A DNA stretch of 64,000 nucleotides, taken from positions 28,964 through 92,963 of the forward strand of contig JAANOX010000151.1 of assembly GCA_020184695.1 (NCBI GenBank). Direction: 5' to 3'. Made by a program: the position numbers and the translations under genes. Source of the stretch: Histomonas meleagridis 2922-C6/04-290x. Taxonomy: Eukaryota > Protista > Parabasalia. Positions 31,677 to 42,030 of this stretch are shown piece by piece; the first letter of the stretch is position 1; every line of letters begins with the position of its first letter. The notes below the pieces were generated by a model that did not search any database, had not been told where the DNA came from, and saw nothing but the letters and a program-made list of their open reading frames with translations.

Positions 31677-32835
31677 ATGGACTTCATGAAAAGGCGAAAA
31701 CTGCTTTCAAGAAAAACATCTGCATTTGATTGGAAAAAATTTATACTTTCATTAGAATCAAGTGTTTTTTCTTTAAATGAAGGTAATATTAAAGCTTGTG
31801 TTCAAAATACAATGAATTTATTTTCAGAAGTTGAAAGTTTTCCATTTTCGTTTAATCTTCTTCTTTGTAGATATATATATATATTCTGTATTTAAATTAA
31901 AACAATGTGAACCAATTTTATGTCTCACGTATTTGAAGTTAATAGAAAATTTAGAAGAAGAAATAAATATAAATAATCCAAAAATAATTTCATACTTCTG
32001 TAAGTTTCTTATAGAATTAAAAACGCAAGAATCATATCATTTGATTCGAAAATTGGTTGGACAAAAACTTATTGTTTTACATTTTCAAGAAAACATGACA
32101 AAACTTTATTTTTCACATTATAAAACAAAAGAAGAAATATCAAATATTTCAGAAAAAAGTATTCAACATTTTAAAGCATATATTAAAGCACTACACAAAC
32201 ATGATTTGAAACTTCATAAAAATTATATTAAAGAAGGAGTTAACCCAATGGAAATTGCAGAAGTTATTAGAAATGATGATGTTGAAAAATTGCAACAAAT
32301 AACATCACAAACAAATTTTGATTTTAGCCAAACAATTGAATCATGTGTTTATGAAAAGGCATCACTACTATCTACACAAGGCACTACATTGATTAATTAT
32401 GCAGCATTTTTTTCTGCTGTTAAATGTTTTAAATTTTTATTAATAAATGGATCTAATATTATAAATACAAAACAATATGCAATCGCAGGAGGGAATATAG
32501 AGATTATTCATATGTGTGAAAAAACTTATTCATTATTTAGTAATGTATATGAATCAGCAAATGAATATCATCGAAATGATGTTTTCCTTTATTTTTATGA
32601 AAACAAGAAAAACGATTTAAAAGATTTAACAGTTTTAGGAATTAAATGCATTCAACATAATAACTTAGAAATTTTATTTTTTCTAATAGACGAAGGAATG
32701 CAAATTAATTCTAAATTTATTGAGAAATTAATAAAAATAGGAAATACAATGTTGATGAAATATTTTATTGAAAATCAACAGATTACAAAATCAGTTTTGC
32801 AAAAATTAGATTTTTGCAAATCATTTCAATCTTGA
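31677..32835 (+). CDS. DUF3447-type N-terminal part of a trichomonad ankyrin-family gene (frameshift in an (AT)7 run at 31871-31884)
   Basis: 31677-31895 and 31831-32835 overlap across the microsatellite. The downstream frame carries EGVNPMEIAEVIRNDDVEKLQ and TLINYAAFFSAVKCFKFLLING...YAIAGGNIEIIHMCE, which I recognise as trichomonad DUF3447 family motifs. Confidence 0.72.
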
Positions 32836-33908
32836 AATCTTGAAATCATTAAATTATTTGCTGAACAAAAAGAATTTGATATAAATGAAAGAATTTTTTT
32901 TAATTATATGTTTATCTGATTTATTTTGTGTAAAAAAAGAAAGATACATTTGTTTCGCTAAATTGAAGTTTGTTTTGATTATATTTGACACCACTTATGT
33001 TTGCATGCAAAAAAGGATATACAGAAATAGTCAAATTACTACTTGAACAAAAAGGAATTGACATTAATTATAAGCATATTTGTTCGTTTTATTTGTTATT
33101 TTTTTAATAATTTGATATTTCAAAACAATATTTGGAAATTATTTTAACTATTTTGGTCAGCACTTATTTGGGCATCGAAAAATGGGCATACAGAAATAGT
33201 CAAGTCACTCCTTGAACAAGAAGGAATTGATGTTAATGTTAAAGGTATTTATTTGTTTTGTTTCATATTAATTTTAATAATACCATATTTCAAAATAATA
33301 TTTGAAAAATATTTGAAAAATTTAAAACACCACTTTGGTATGCAACTAAGAAAGGTCAGATTGAAGTTGTTAAGCTACTTCTTAAGCAAAAAGGAATTAA
33401 TGTCAATGCATATAATATTTATATATAAATATTTATGTTTATTATTGTAACATAAGATTTGTTTAATTCGTTTAACATTTATTTTAATAATTTTATTTTT
33501 ATTTTAATGATTTGATATTTATTTTAATATTTTAGCTTTTGTTTTCATAATTTTATGTTTATTTCTATATATTTCTGTTTGCTGTAACAATTTGATATTC
33601 ATTTTCATAAATCTGAATTTGTTTGTTTTGTTTTATACTCCACTTATGATTGCATGCAAGAAAGTTCACAAGGAAATAGTTAAATTACTTCTTGAACAAA
33701 AAGGAATTGATGTTAATTATAATAATATTTGTTCGTTTTATTTATTATTTTTTTGAATAATTTGATATTTCAAAATAATATTTGGAAATTATATAAATTA
33801 TTTGAGACAGCACTTATATTAGCATTTGAAAAAGGTTATATCGAAATTGTTCAAATGTTAAAACATTGGATAACTGATGAAGAAAAACGTCACAAAAGAA
33901 GAAAGTAA
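32836..33908 (+). repeat. Array of ankyrin-repeat coding units separated by non-coding T-rich spacers (C-terminal part of the DUF3447 gene)
   Basis: Units: 32836-32895 NLEIIKLFAEQKEFDINERI; 32988-33080 TPLMFACKKGYTEIVKLLLEQKGIDINYKHI; 33157-33249 SALIWASKNGHTEIVKSLLEQEGIDVNVKGI; 33327-33419 TPLWYATKKGQIEVVKLLLKQKGINVNAYNI; 33637-33729 TPLMIACKKVHKEIVKLLLEQKGIDVNYNNI; 33807-33908 TALILAFEKGYIEIVQMLKH...KRRK*. Spacers 92, 76, 77, 217, 77 nt. Confidence 0.9.
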
Positions 33909-34344
33909 AAATGTATTTGAGATGAATCACTTTGTATATAATTTATTGTTTTAAATACAATGCTTCAAAAAATTAGCGTACCACAACTATTAACACAATC
34001 AAAATATGAAGTAATTCTTTACGAAAAGCTCACTACAAAAAAGCTCAATAGTTTGAACTTTCAAAATAACGATAGGGTTTTATCTATCGGTTTTCCCAGG
34101 ATTCAGTGTCAGAGAAAATTCTATCGTTCTTAAAACCGTTAAATAAATTTTAAACCGACATGTTAAAACATTCTAAATTTTTTCCATATCAAATTAAAAT
34201 TAATTAAATATGATTTATGATTTAAAATATCCATCAAAATGCTTCAAAATTTTCTTTTTTGATATTTTTGTTTTTATTTATTTTAATGCTTTTTTAAATC
34301 ATGCAAATTGATAACGGTCGCTTCCATCTTGGTAAGCCAATTCC

Positions 34345-36456
34345 ATGACTGAGCAGTCCCCTTTTGGAATTGAATCTAACCCCAATCATGAAAACATAAA
34401 AAGACCTAAGGTTGAAAATATTGGAAAAGTACTTCTACCACCAAATATTCCAAATCCTTCAAAAAATTTCTCATTTATTGACAAGTCCAAAAATTCACAT
34501 ACAGATGCTCCACCTCTATACCAGCAGGTTCCAGTTCCAAGTGGAGCTGAACATTGTCTTCAAGGACTTTGTTTTTCTGCAACAGGAACAATGCGATCAT
34601 TGAAAAGAGGTGATCTTCGTGCTTTAATTGAAAAATACGGAGGAAGGCTAAGGCCATCCATAAATGCAAATACTGATGTTTTGATTCGTGGAGTATCAGA
34701 TGTAAATGAAGAAAAATATAATCAAGCAAAAGAAAAAGGAATAACAATCATTGATGAAAATGGTCTTTTTTACATCATTCGGCAATCCAACGTAACCAAA
34801 AAACCAATTCCCGAACCTTCTGAAACAACCAATGAACCCCCTCCAAAAAAAACCGTAAAACAAGCGGTTGATTTACTTCAATTATTGAATGGGAAACCGG
34901 CTAGTAAACCAAAGAAAAAAGCCAAACAAAAAACAGAAAACGAAAAGCCAAAACCTCAAGAAACAGAGACAAAACCAAAAGAAATAAGAAAAACCACTCC
35001 CACACCAGTAGGACCTCCACCACCCGAAGAACTTTCTGAAAACGAAGATTCAAAATACAGTTTATTTACAGAAAAATATCGTCCAAAGTCATTTTCTGAT
35101 CTTGTTGGCAATGAAGCTGGAATCAAAAAACTTAGAGAATGGATAGGTAGTTTTGATAGGCAAACTAAAAAGGCTGTTCTCATATCTGGTCCTCCTGGTA
35201 TTGGAAAATCATCTGCAGCTTACCTTGCAGCTACTCAAGCTAACTATAATGTCATTGAGTATAATGCTAGTGATGCACGAAATAAATCGATCATTGAAAA
35301 ACTAGCTTCCGATGTCACTTCTAACCAAACCCTCATCAAATATAAAACACTTATACCTTCCAATGTTCGCAGCGCCATTATTTTCGATGAAATTGACGGA
35401 ATGTCATCTGGAGATCGCGGTGGTGTTCAAGCTCTAGCCAAATTTATTTCCAAAACTAAGATCCCCATTATATGTATTTGCAATGATCGCAATTGTGACA
35501 AACTTCAAAGCATCAATAAGTTAGTTATTGATATTCCATTTGATCCACCCACTCAAATCGAAGTTGCAAAACGTCTTCTTGCAATTTGTAAGCAAGAAGG
35601 AATTACTCTTGATCGTCGTCAATACATTGCAATCACAAAAATTACAAATGGCGACATCCGATCCACTATTAATAATTTACAACTCTGGGCCAATGGCATT
35701 CAGAATGCGAGTGAAAAAGATCTCACCCACAATGATCCATTTAAGTGTATTTCAACATTATTTAATCCACAGTCAACGTTTGATCAAAAATATGACTGCT
35801 TCTTTGTCGACTATGACATGATGCCTGTATTAACGCATGAGTACATGTATTGTAATGGCAATTTTCATGAGTATTGGGAGGCCTTAGATTCGATGGCATA
35901 TGGCAATGAAATTCAGAACTTTATTCACGAAAGTGGCAACTGGGAACTGTTACCGTTTAGGGGCGTCATGTCATGTGTTTATCCAACCACTGTATCCAAG
36001 AATGTTTTACGGGTTAAAGTTTATTCCCATTTCCCAGAGATGTTATCCAAGCAAACACAACAAAAGAAGATGGAAAGATTTATCTCTGAAGCATCATTGC
36101 GATCATCACGAAGTGCATCATTACCAAGAGGAGTATTTCGGGATTCATTTGCTGAGCTAATAACAATGAAATTTTACACATTATTAAGCGAAAAGAAAGA
36201 AAACGAATTAATGGAATTGTTGACTCAAATGGAACTGTCGAAGGACGACATGGAAAACTTGCGAACTGTCGTAGACTTCGGCATTAACTCTTTTCCTGAA
36301 GTTTCTTCACAAGCGAAAAGTAGTTTCACGAAGAAATATAATCAGTCGCATTCGCAAAAGGTGAAAGTAAATGATTCGGGAGAAAGTTATAAAGCCGATT
36401 ATTACATAAAATCGTGTTCGCAAAACAGTAAAAGAATAACAAGGAAAAGTAAATAA
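34345..36456 (+). CDS. RFC1: Replication factor C large subunit
   Basis: BRCT domain (CLQGLCFSATGTMRSLKRGDLRALIEKYGG), EKYRPKSFSDLVGN, GPPGIGKS, IEYNASDARNK, DEIDGMSSGDRGG, IPIICICND, FFVDYDMMP. Confidence 0.95.
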   Translation: MTEQSPFGIESNPNHENIKRPKVENIGKVLLPPNIPNPSKNFSFIDKSKNSHTDAPPLYQQVPVPSGAEHCLQGLCFSATGTMRSLKRGDLRALIEKYGGRLRPSINANTDVLIRGVSDVNEEKYNQAKEKGITIIDENGLFYIIRQSNVTKKPIPEPSETTNEPPPKKTVKQAVDLLQLLNGKPASKPKKKAKQKTENEKPKPQETETKPKEIRKTTPTPVGPPPPEELSENEDSKYSLFTEKYRPKSFSDLVGNEAGIKKLREWIGSFDRQTKKAVLISGPPGIGKSSAAYLAATQANYNVIEYNASDARNKSIIEKLASDVTSNQTLIKYKTLIPSNVRSAIIFDEIDGMSSGDRGGVQALAKFISKTKIPIICICNDRNCDKLQSINKLVIDIPFDPPTQIEVAKRLLAICKQEGITLDRRQYIAITKITNGDIRSTINNLQLWANGIQNASEKDLTHNDPFKCISTLFNPQSTFDQKYDCFFVDYDMMPVLTHEYMYCNGNFHEYWEALDSMAYGNEIQNFIHESGNWELLPFRGVMSCVYPTTVSKNVLRVKVYSHFPEMLSKQTQQKKMERFISEASLRSSRSASLPRGVFRDSFAELITMKFYTLLSEKKENELMELLTQMELSKDDMENLRTVVDFGINSFPEVSSQAKSSFTKKYNQSHSQKVKVNDSGESYKADYYIKSCSQNSKRITRKSK

Positions 36457-36786
36457 AGAAATTTGTTATATGTATTATAAACAAAATAATAATAAAACAT
36501 TTTATTTAATTTGTATTTTTTTCCCCAAGAAATATTTAAACAAATATAAATTAAAAATATTAAAAAGGAAAAAAACAAAGAAATGTGTGTATGAATCAAA
36601 TGAATATTATTTTTCATCATACTCTATTTGTATTAAGTGTTATGAATGTTGAGTCATCATATTTAAATCTTATTGAAAAAAATGTGATCAAAAATGGTTA
36701 ATATTCCATAAAAGTTGTTATTTATATATAAATTAAAATATGGCGATTAGTTATAGTATTTGAAAGTTAATTATTTATTTAAGTAT

Positions 36787-37929
36787 TTATGATGGATTTA
36801 AAAATGTTTTCTCTGCAATGTAAGTAAAGATTGAAGATAAAACAATTGCTATTGCAATAATGAAGGAATTCCAACTTGCGACCATTTCCTTTTCTTTTAC
36901 AGTCAAAATATCATCATTCATTATTAAATGATAAACATTTACGTATGAACATCCACCGCATAATCCTACAAAAAATATTATAGCTGATGATCCTTCAATA
37001 CCCAAGAAATGATAATATGCATTAATACCAAATAATGCAAAGAAACATGCTTGGGTGATTGTCAATATTTCAACCCATGGAAAAGTAAAGAAAATTAAAG
37101 ATGATCTAGAAATTAAAACACCAAATTGATATATTAATATAAGTAATTGAAAGAATGAGTTATACTTTTTCTTTTGGTTTTTATCAAGACAATTATGTAC
37201 AAAAGCCCCTTGAATAACATATTCAAGAAAGTATACAAATCCGCAATTCATAATTTTTCCCCATGAACCATGTAAATATGAAAAGTTACAAAATCTTTCA
37301 GGCTCATTTGAATATCTTTCTTCTTTTTTAAACAATTCTTTATCATCGAAAGGGGACCTTATTAAAACACAGAAAAAAAGAAGAACATAAACAATAATTA
37401 ATGGAATGACACATAGGAAAGAATAAAATATTGAAACATCATATTTTGAGCATATTAAAGAATAACTAGCTCCAAATATTCCAGCTAATCCAGTTCCAAT
37501 TCCCCAACTTTTTAATAAATCTTGTTTTTTTCTTGATGTAATGAAACATAAAATAATTGATTCGCCAAGATATGAAGAAAAACCAATGCAAAAAATTCCA
37601 AAACATGTAAGCCAGAAATTTTTGGACAATGCACTAACCAAAAAACCTGTTGTCATAATGGTTGCATTCATTATGAATGAATATTCATGTTTAATATCAA
37701 AAGAAACGAGTAAATTATTGAGGTATCTTGAAACAATACCACAAAAAGTATTTGCAAACAAAACAATTCCAAGAGATGTTTCAGATTGATAATTTTTTAC
37801 AATTCTTTCTGCAGATGAATATCCAATAACATATGGAGCATTTGTTAAGATTCCTATAATTATTGTAGCAATTTTATCGATCAAACGAATTCTATCATTT
37901 GAGTTATTCATGTTTTTGAAATTTTCCAA
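36787..37929 (-). CDS. CLN3: CLN3/battenin (Btn1) family lysosomal membrane protein
   Basis: Multi-TM; GFSSYLGES, SWGIGTGLAG, VYFLEYVIQG, YQFGVLISRSS, GLCGGCSYVN motifs. Confidence 0.88.
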   Translation of the reverse strand: MENFKNMNNSNDRIRLIDKIATIIIGILTNAPYVIGYSSAERIVKNYQSETSLGIVLFANTFCGIVSRYLNNLLVSFDIKHEYSFIMNATIMTTGFLVSALSKNFWLTCFGIFCIGFSSYLGESIILCFITSRKKQDLLKSWGIGTGLAGIFGASYSLICSKYDVSIFYSFLCVIPLIIVYVLLFFCVLIRSPFDDKELFKKEERYSNEPERFCNFSYLHGSWGKIMNCGFVYFLEYVIQGAFVHNCLDKNQKKKYNSFFQLLILIYQFGVLISRSSLIFFTFPWVEILTITQACFFALFGINAYYHFLGIEGSSAIIFFVGLCGGCSYVNVYHLIMNDDILTVKEKEMVASWNSFIIAIAIVLSSIFTYIAEKTFLNPS

Positions 37930-38190
37930 GTCAAAACCCGTAAACTTTCTATGGAAATTTTGATTGTTTTTTATTTATATTTATTCAAAAGAATATAAAT
38001 ATAAATCTGTCTACATAGAGAAAGAAAATTTTATTAGACCAAATTTTTCAAGTTTTTATTTGGAATCCAAATACATTTGAAATAAATTATCATAGATAAT
38101 AAGCAATTTAGAACTTCATGAGCTTTAATTAAAACAGTATTTCTGGAAATTAAATAAATATTTACATAAAAAATATTATATTAAATTCAT

Positions 38191-38943
38191 TTACTTTGAA
38201 AGATCTCTGATTGCTTCAAGTACAATAGAAAGAGATTCAGGTGTAAGATAAGGCAATAAAGCCAAAACCGCAGTTAATGGTCCTTCATCTGAGTTTGGTT
38301 GGCTGGGATATTGATGAGGAACATTTTTGATTTGTGGACTTGGTTCGGGTTCTCTACGTAAGAAACGCGTATTACTAGGAATCTGTTGCTGTTCTGTAGG
38401 CCATTCTTCGTCGTCACTAAAAGATCGATTCTGTGTTTTGATTTCTGATGAAATATTATTCATATGAACTGGTTCTGCAAAACTTGGTGGTGCATTGATT
38501 TTTGGAATCCTCCTCGCTGTTTTATTACTTGGGCTCTGATAGTTTACAGGTATTTCATCCAAAACTTTAAGTTGTGGAAGAATTGAAATAACTTGTTCCC
38601 TATAATTTTTTTGTGATGCAATCGGGTTATCTGAAAGCCAAAGCTTTTCTAATCTAGGCAGGTTACATAAATATCTAAGTTCTTCGAAATCTGAAATAAG
38701 ATTTTTTCTAAGTGAAATTTCTCTGATTTTATGGCAATATTGAAAGGCATCCAAGTTACGTATCTTATTCATAGGCAGTGATACTGTTTCAACGTTTGGC
38801 ATATATTGAAGAATTGAAATATCTGTTATATCATATCCCCAAATTGTCAAAACTTTAACATCTGTTAATGAATTAGCTCTTGTTTTTGCAAAAATCATAT
38901 GTTTAGTTAGAACTCCATTATTAGAATTTTCGTCTTTATTCAT
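38191..38943 (-). CDS. CFAP410: CFAP410 (C21orf2) LRR protein
   Basis: N-terminal LRRs (VKVLTIWGYDITDISILQYMPNVETVSLPMNKI...LSDNPI...YREQVISILPQLKVLD), disordered linker, C-terminal LTAVLALLPYL. Confidence 0.85.
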   Translation of the reverse strand: MNKDENSNNGVLTKHMIFAKTRANSLTDVKVLTIWGYDITDISILQYMPNVETVSLPMNKIRNLDAFQYCHKIREISLRKNLISDFEELRYLCNLPRLEKLWLSDNPIASQKNYREQVISILPQLKVLDEIPVNYQSPSNKTARRIPKINAPPSFAEPVHMNNISSEIKTQNRSFSDDEEWPTEQQQIPSNTRFLRREPEPSPQIKNVPHQYPSQPNSDEGPLTAVLALLPYLTPESLSIVLEAIRDLSK

Positions 38944-39140
38944 TTTTAGGTGGTAAATTTTAAACGTTTATGCAGCAGAAAATTGAATAACCGATAACAA
39001 ATTTGAGCACAAACACTAATTTTTAAATACTTTACACATACAAAACACGAACAAAAAAATTCCAAAATCCGTTAAAATAATGGATGTTTAACATCAAATT
39101 GTTCAACGACAACAACAAAAAACATCCAAATTCTTGATAC

Positions 39141-40778
39141 TTAAAGTTTCTCGGCAAGAGCGCGGAATGCTAAAGCAACAGCTGATGCTCCGGGGTCAAC
39201 ATGATTCTTTAATGAGTCGGCATTTAGGTACGAAGACCTTCCAGCGCCTGCCTTAAGCATTGTCTTAGTAGCTTCAGCGCCTTTTTCGGCAGCTTCGGCA
39301 GCTTTTGCGACGCCATCCTTTAATGATTCGACAGCAGGCAACAACGCATCAATCATTGTCCTCATTCCAGGCTTAGCTCCGCCAAGTTCCATCATTTTGT
39401 TGACACCTGAAATCAATGCTTCAGAAAATGATTTTCCTTCACGTAATGAGGTTGCTGCTTGCATTGTTAATATTGACAACAAAACTCCAGATGAGCCTCC
39501 CATTGATTTGCTTAATATATCAGAAACACTCATTAATAATAATGGTAATTCATTAAATGGCAAATTTGAAAACTGACTCAAAATTCGACGAGCACCTGTT
39601 GCAAATGTAAATCCTGTATCACCATCTCCAACAAATGAATCAAGATGATTCAGATTTTCTTCATTTTCAATTAAACAATCACAAATGATCTTAAGTATCT
39701 TCTCTGTCTTTTCGTTCTTTGATGGCTTGTTAGGAATTTGTTGAACATTGTTACGTGCTGGGAACACTAAAGGTTTGTGGATCTCAACAGGGGTGACCCA
39801 ACTGTGAACGTTAACGGGTGCTAACAAAGCTTCTGAATATTCGTCCTTCAATTCGAAGAACGTTATCGAGAACCCTTTCATGTCAAGTGACGTGCAAAGT
39901 GAAGCTGGGCCGATAAGGAGTTGGATGTTCACGTTGGTTGCTTCAAGGAGTGCTGAGCAAATAATGGACATCTCAAGATTGGAAACACCTCCGAGATTGT
40001 TGAGGAATGCAGCAAGTGGACCTTTCCTATGTTCTCTAAGTTTTTTGACCATCATATTAACAAGAGTTGTAGCGTTTTGAGTGTCAACAGTTTCAACACC
40101 AGGTTCTCCGTGAATGCCAAGACCAACTTCACAATGACCAGGTTCAACTCGATTTGATCCATCTGATGATGGAGTGGTACATGATGTGATAGAAACACCA
40201 ATTGTGCTAATAAGTAACTTGGCTTGTTCTGCAATGGCTTTGATTTCAGAAAGTGATTTTCCTTTGGTGGCATAATATCCACAGACTTTATGAAGAAGAA
40301 TAGTTCCGGCAAGACCACGTGGGCGTGGATGATCAGGTATTGAGATGTCGTCTGAAAAGATTACCATTTCGACTTTGACTCCGAGAGATTTTGCTTTTTC
40401 AACAGCAAGACCAAAGTTAAGGCAATCACCTGTGTATGCTTTCACAATAACAAGAACACCAGCTTCACCAGCAACATGTAAGATTGCAGAAAGAACAGCA
40501 TCAATTGATGGTGATGCAAATAAGCCACCACAAACTGCTGCTGTAAGCATACCTTCACCAACAAATCCTGCGTGCATTGGTTCATGTCCAGAACCTCCTC
40601 CACTAATTAAAGCAACTTGATGATTTGATTTTTCTTTTGTCCAATCTGGACGAACAACAATGTTAATATCTGGTGATCCAACATCAAGTTTGGCAACTGG
40701 AGCTGAAGAGTACCTTAAGAATCCATCAACTGCATCGCTAACTAAGTTCTGTGTTGTGTTGAGGAAGAAACGTGTCAT
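39141..40778 (-). CDS. dhaK: ATP-dependent dihydroxyacetone kinase (fused DhaK-DhaL)
   Basis: ISGGGSGHEP, GMLTAAVCG.LFASPS, YTGD.LNFG, PRGLAGT, GLGIHGEPG, LDSFVGDGDTG, MGGSSG, RTMIDAL, AGRSSY, DPGA. Confidence 0.95.
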   Translation of the reverse strand: MTRFFLNTTQNLVSDAVDGFLRYSSAPVAKLDVGSPDINIVVRPDWTKEKSNHQVALISGGGSGHEPMHAGFVGEGMLTAAVCGGLFASPSIDAVLSAILHVAGEAGVLVIVKAYTGDCLNFGLAVEKAKSLGVKVEMVIFSDDISIPDHPRPRGLAGTILLHKVCGYYATKGKSLSEIKAIAEQAKLLISTIGVSITSCTTPSSDGSNRVEPGHCEVGLGIHGEPGVETVDTQNATTLVNMMVKKLREHRKGPLAAFLNNLGGVSNLEMSIICSALLEATNVNIQLLIGPASLCTSLDMKGFSITFFELKDEYSEALLAPVNVHSWVTPVEIHKPLVFPARNNVQQIPNKPSKNEKTEKILKIICDCLIENEENLNHLDSFVGDGDTGFTFATGARRILSQFSNLPFNELPLLLMSVSDILSKSMGGSSGVLLSILTMQAATSLREGKSFSEALISGVNKMMELGGAKPGMRTMIDALLPAVESLKDGVAKAAEAAEKGAEATKTMLKAGAGRSSYLNADSLKNHVDPGASAVALAFRALAEKL

Positions 40779-41116
40779 AACGTGATGTGATATCAGTTGT
40801 CAAATTTGAATAAAACTAATTTGACGATAAAATTCAACTCAAATTCTTGACTATAGACGATGTCGCTATAACAAACTCATCAAAAAACGCCATTTATTCT
40901 TATTTTGATGTATATCAAATCTTAAAATTTATCAAAGCACTTTAAATACTTATTTTTATAAGACGGGGACTGTTTATCATTCTCAAAAATTAGTTTAATA
41001 AAAATATAATATTTAGGGTTGGCTAATTTCGCCTAAAGTCTATTTTTGCCTCAGCTCCGTGAGGAAACTAAGGGGGAATGGGAGAAAGGAAATTTAAACT
41101 TTTTGAATAAAACATC

Positions 41117-41849
41117 ACAGTTCACGAGGGTATCAAATGGAATGGATTTTCTGATATAATAAAACATCGATTATTTGCAATCGATTGTTCTGGATCTGTT
41201 CGCGGAAATATATTTTATCATTCAGAACTCCGAAAAATTATCGAAAATGAATATAAACCAGGCGATAAAATATTTATATGGTCAAATTTAGAACATCTTC
41301 AAGAAAAAACAAGAAGTCAAATGGAAGATTTTATGAATAATAAATATGGTAATGAAGGAACATATTCAGATCTTATTGCAGATATAGTAGTTACTGCAGG
41401 TGAAAATTATCATGATCATTTAATCATTGTTACTGATGGAGAAGTTCCTTTCGAAACTGTACAAGCAGGAGATGAAAAAATGAAAGCAAACAAAATCAAA
41501 TTTAAACATGTTACCACATATTTAATTAACAATAAAAGTAATGAAGTTAATTTATCAGTAGGCGCACCATATAGCAGAAGTTGTCCTAACGAAACATATT
41601 TAATTAATGCGCTTTTCTAAAACGAATTTCTAATTTCTTCAAATAACTTCAGAATTTAGCACTTATTGGTTTGCCAATAAATCAAATTTTCAATAAGATA
41701 TTTTGATTTTATATCAATATACATTTAATATATTGTGAATATACACTTTTTTATTTTATCAAGATTGAAGAGTTTTTGATTAATCATTTTTAGTTTGAGA
41801 CACAAAACATCAAATGTTTAGACTAAAAAATGACATCATTAAGTAATAA
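41117..41849 (+). repeat. Inverted, internally deleted duplicate of the 3' end of the giant gene
   Basis: 41117-41612 equals the reverse complement of 10814-11309; 41612-41849 equals the reverse complement of 10220-10457. I found no mismatches by eye. 356 nt (10458-10813) are missing at a 1-nt microhomology. The 99-aa ORF 41321-41620 is a by-product. Confidence 0.95.
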
Positions 41850-42030
41850 GCCATAAATGATCAGATATTATTTATAAATAACTTTTTTTTAATTAATTTT
41901 TCTAAAAATCACGTTTGATCGTAACGCCACCACAAAACATGTTTCATGATGAGCAGGCATGATATCATATGAAGAAGAAGCCGTTTAACTGGCCGTATCA
42001 TATGTAAATCATTCAAATTATAGAAAGGCT

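Noticed and set aside
33076-33160. Reading the ankyrin spacers as U12-like AT/GT...AG/AC introns (from RTATTT in codon 30 to ACAG/ACAC in the T-P/A codons)
   Set aside because: It keeps frame for the 77-nt spacers but would delete the conserved Thr and the beta-hairpin, leaving 30-aa repeats. It also fails for the 76-nt copy, and there is no TATCCT 5' site or TCCTTAAC branch. Kept only as something to test in cDNA.
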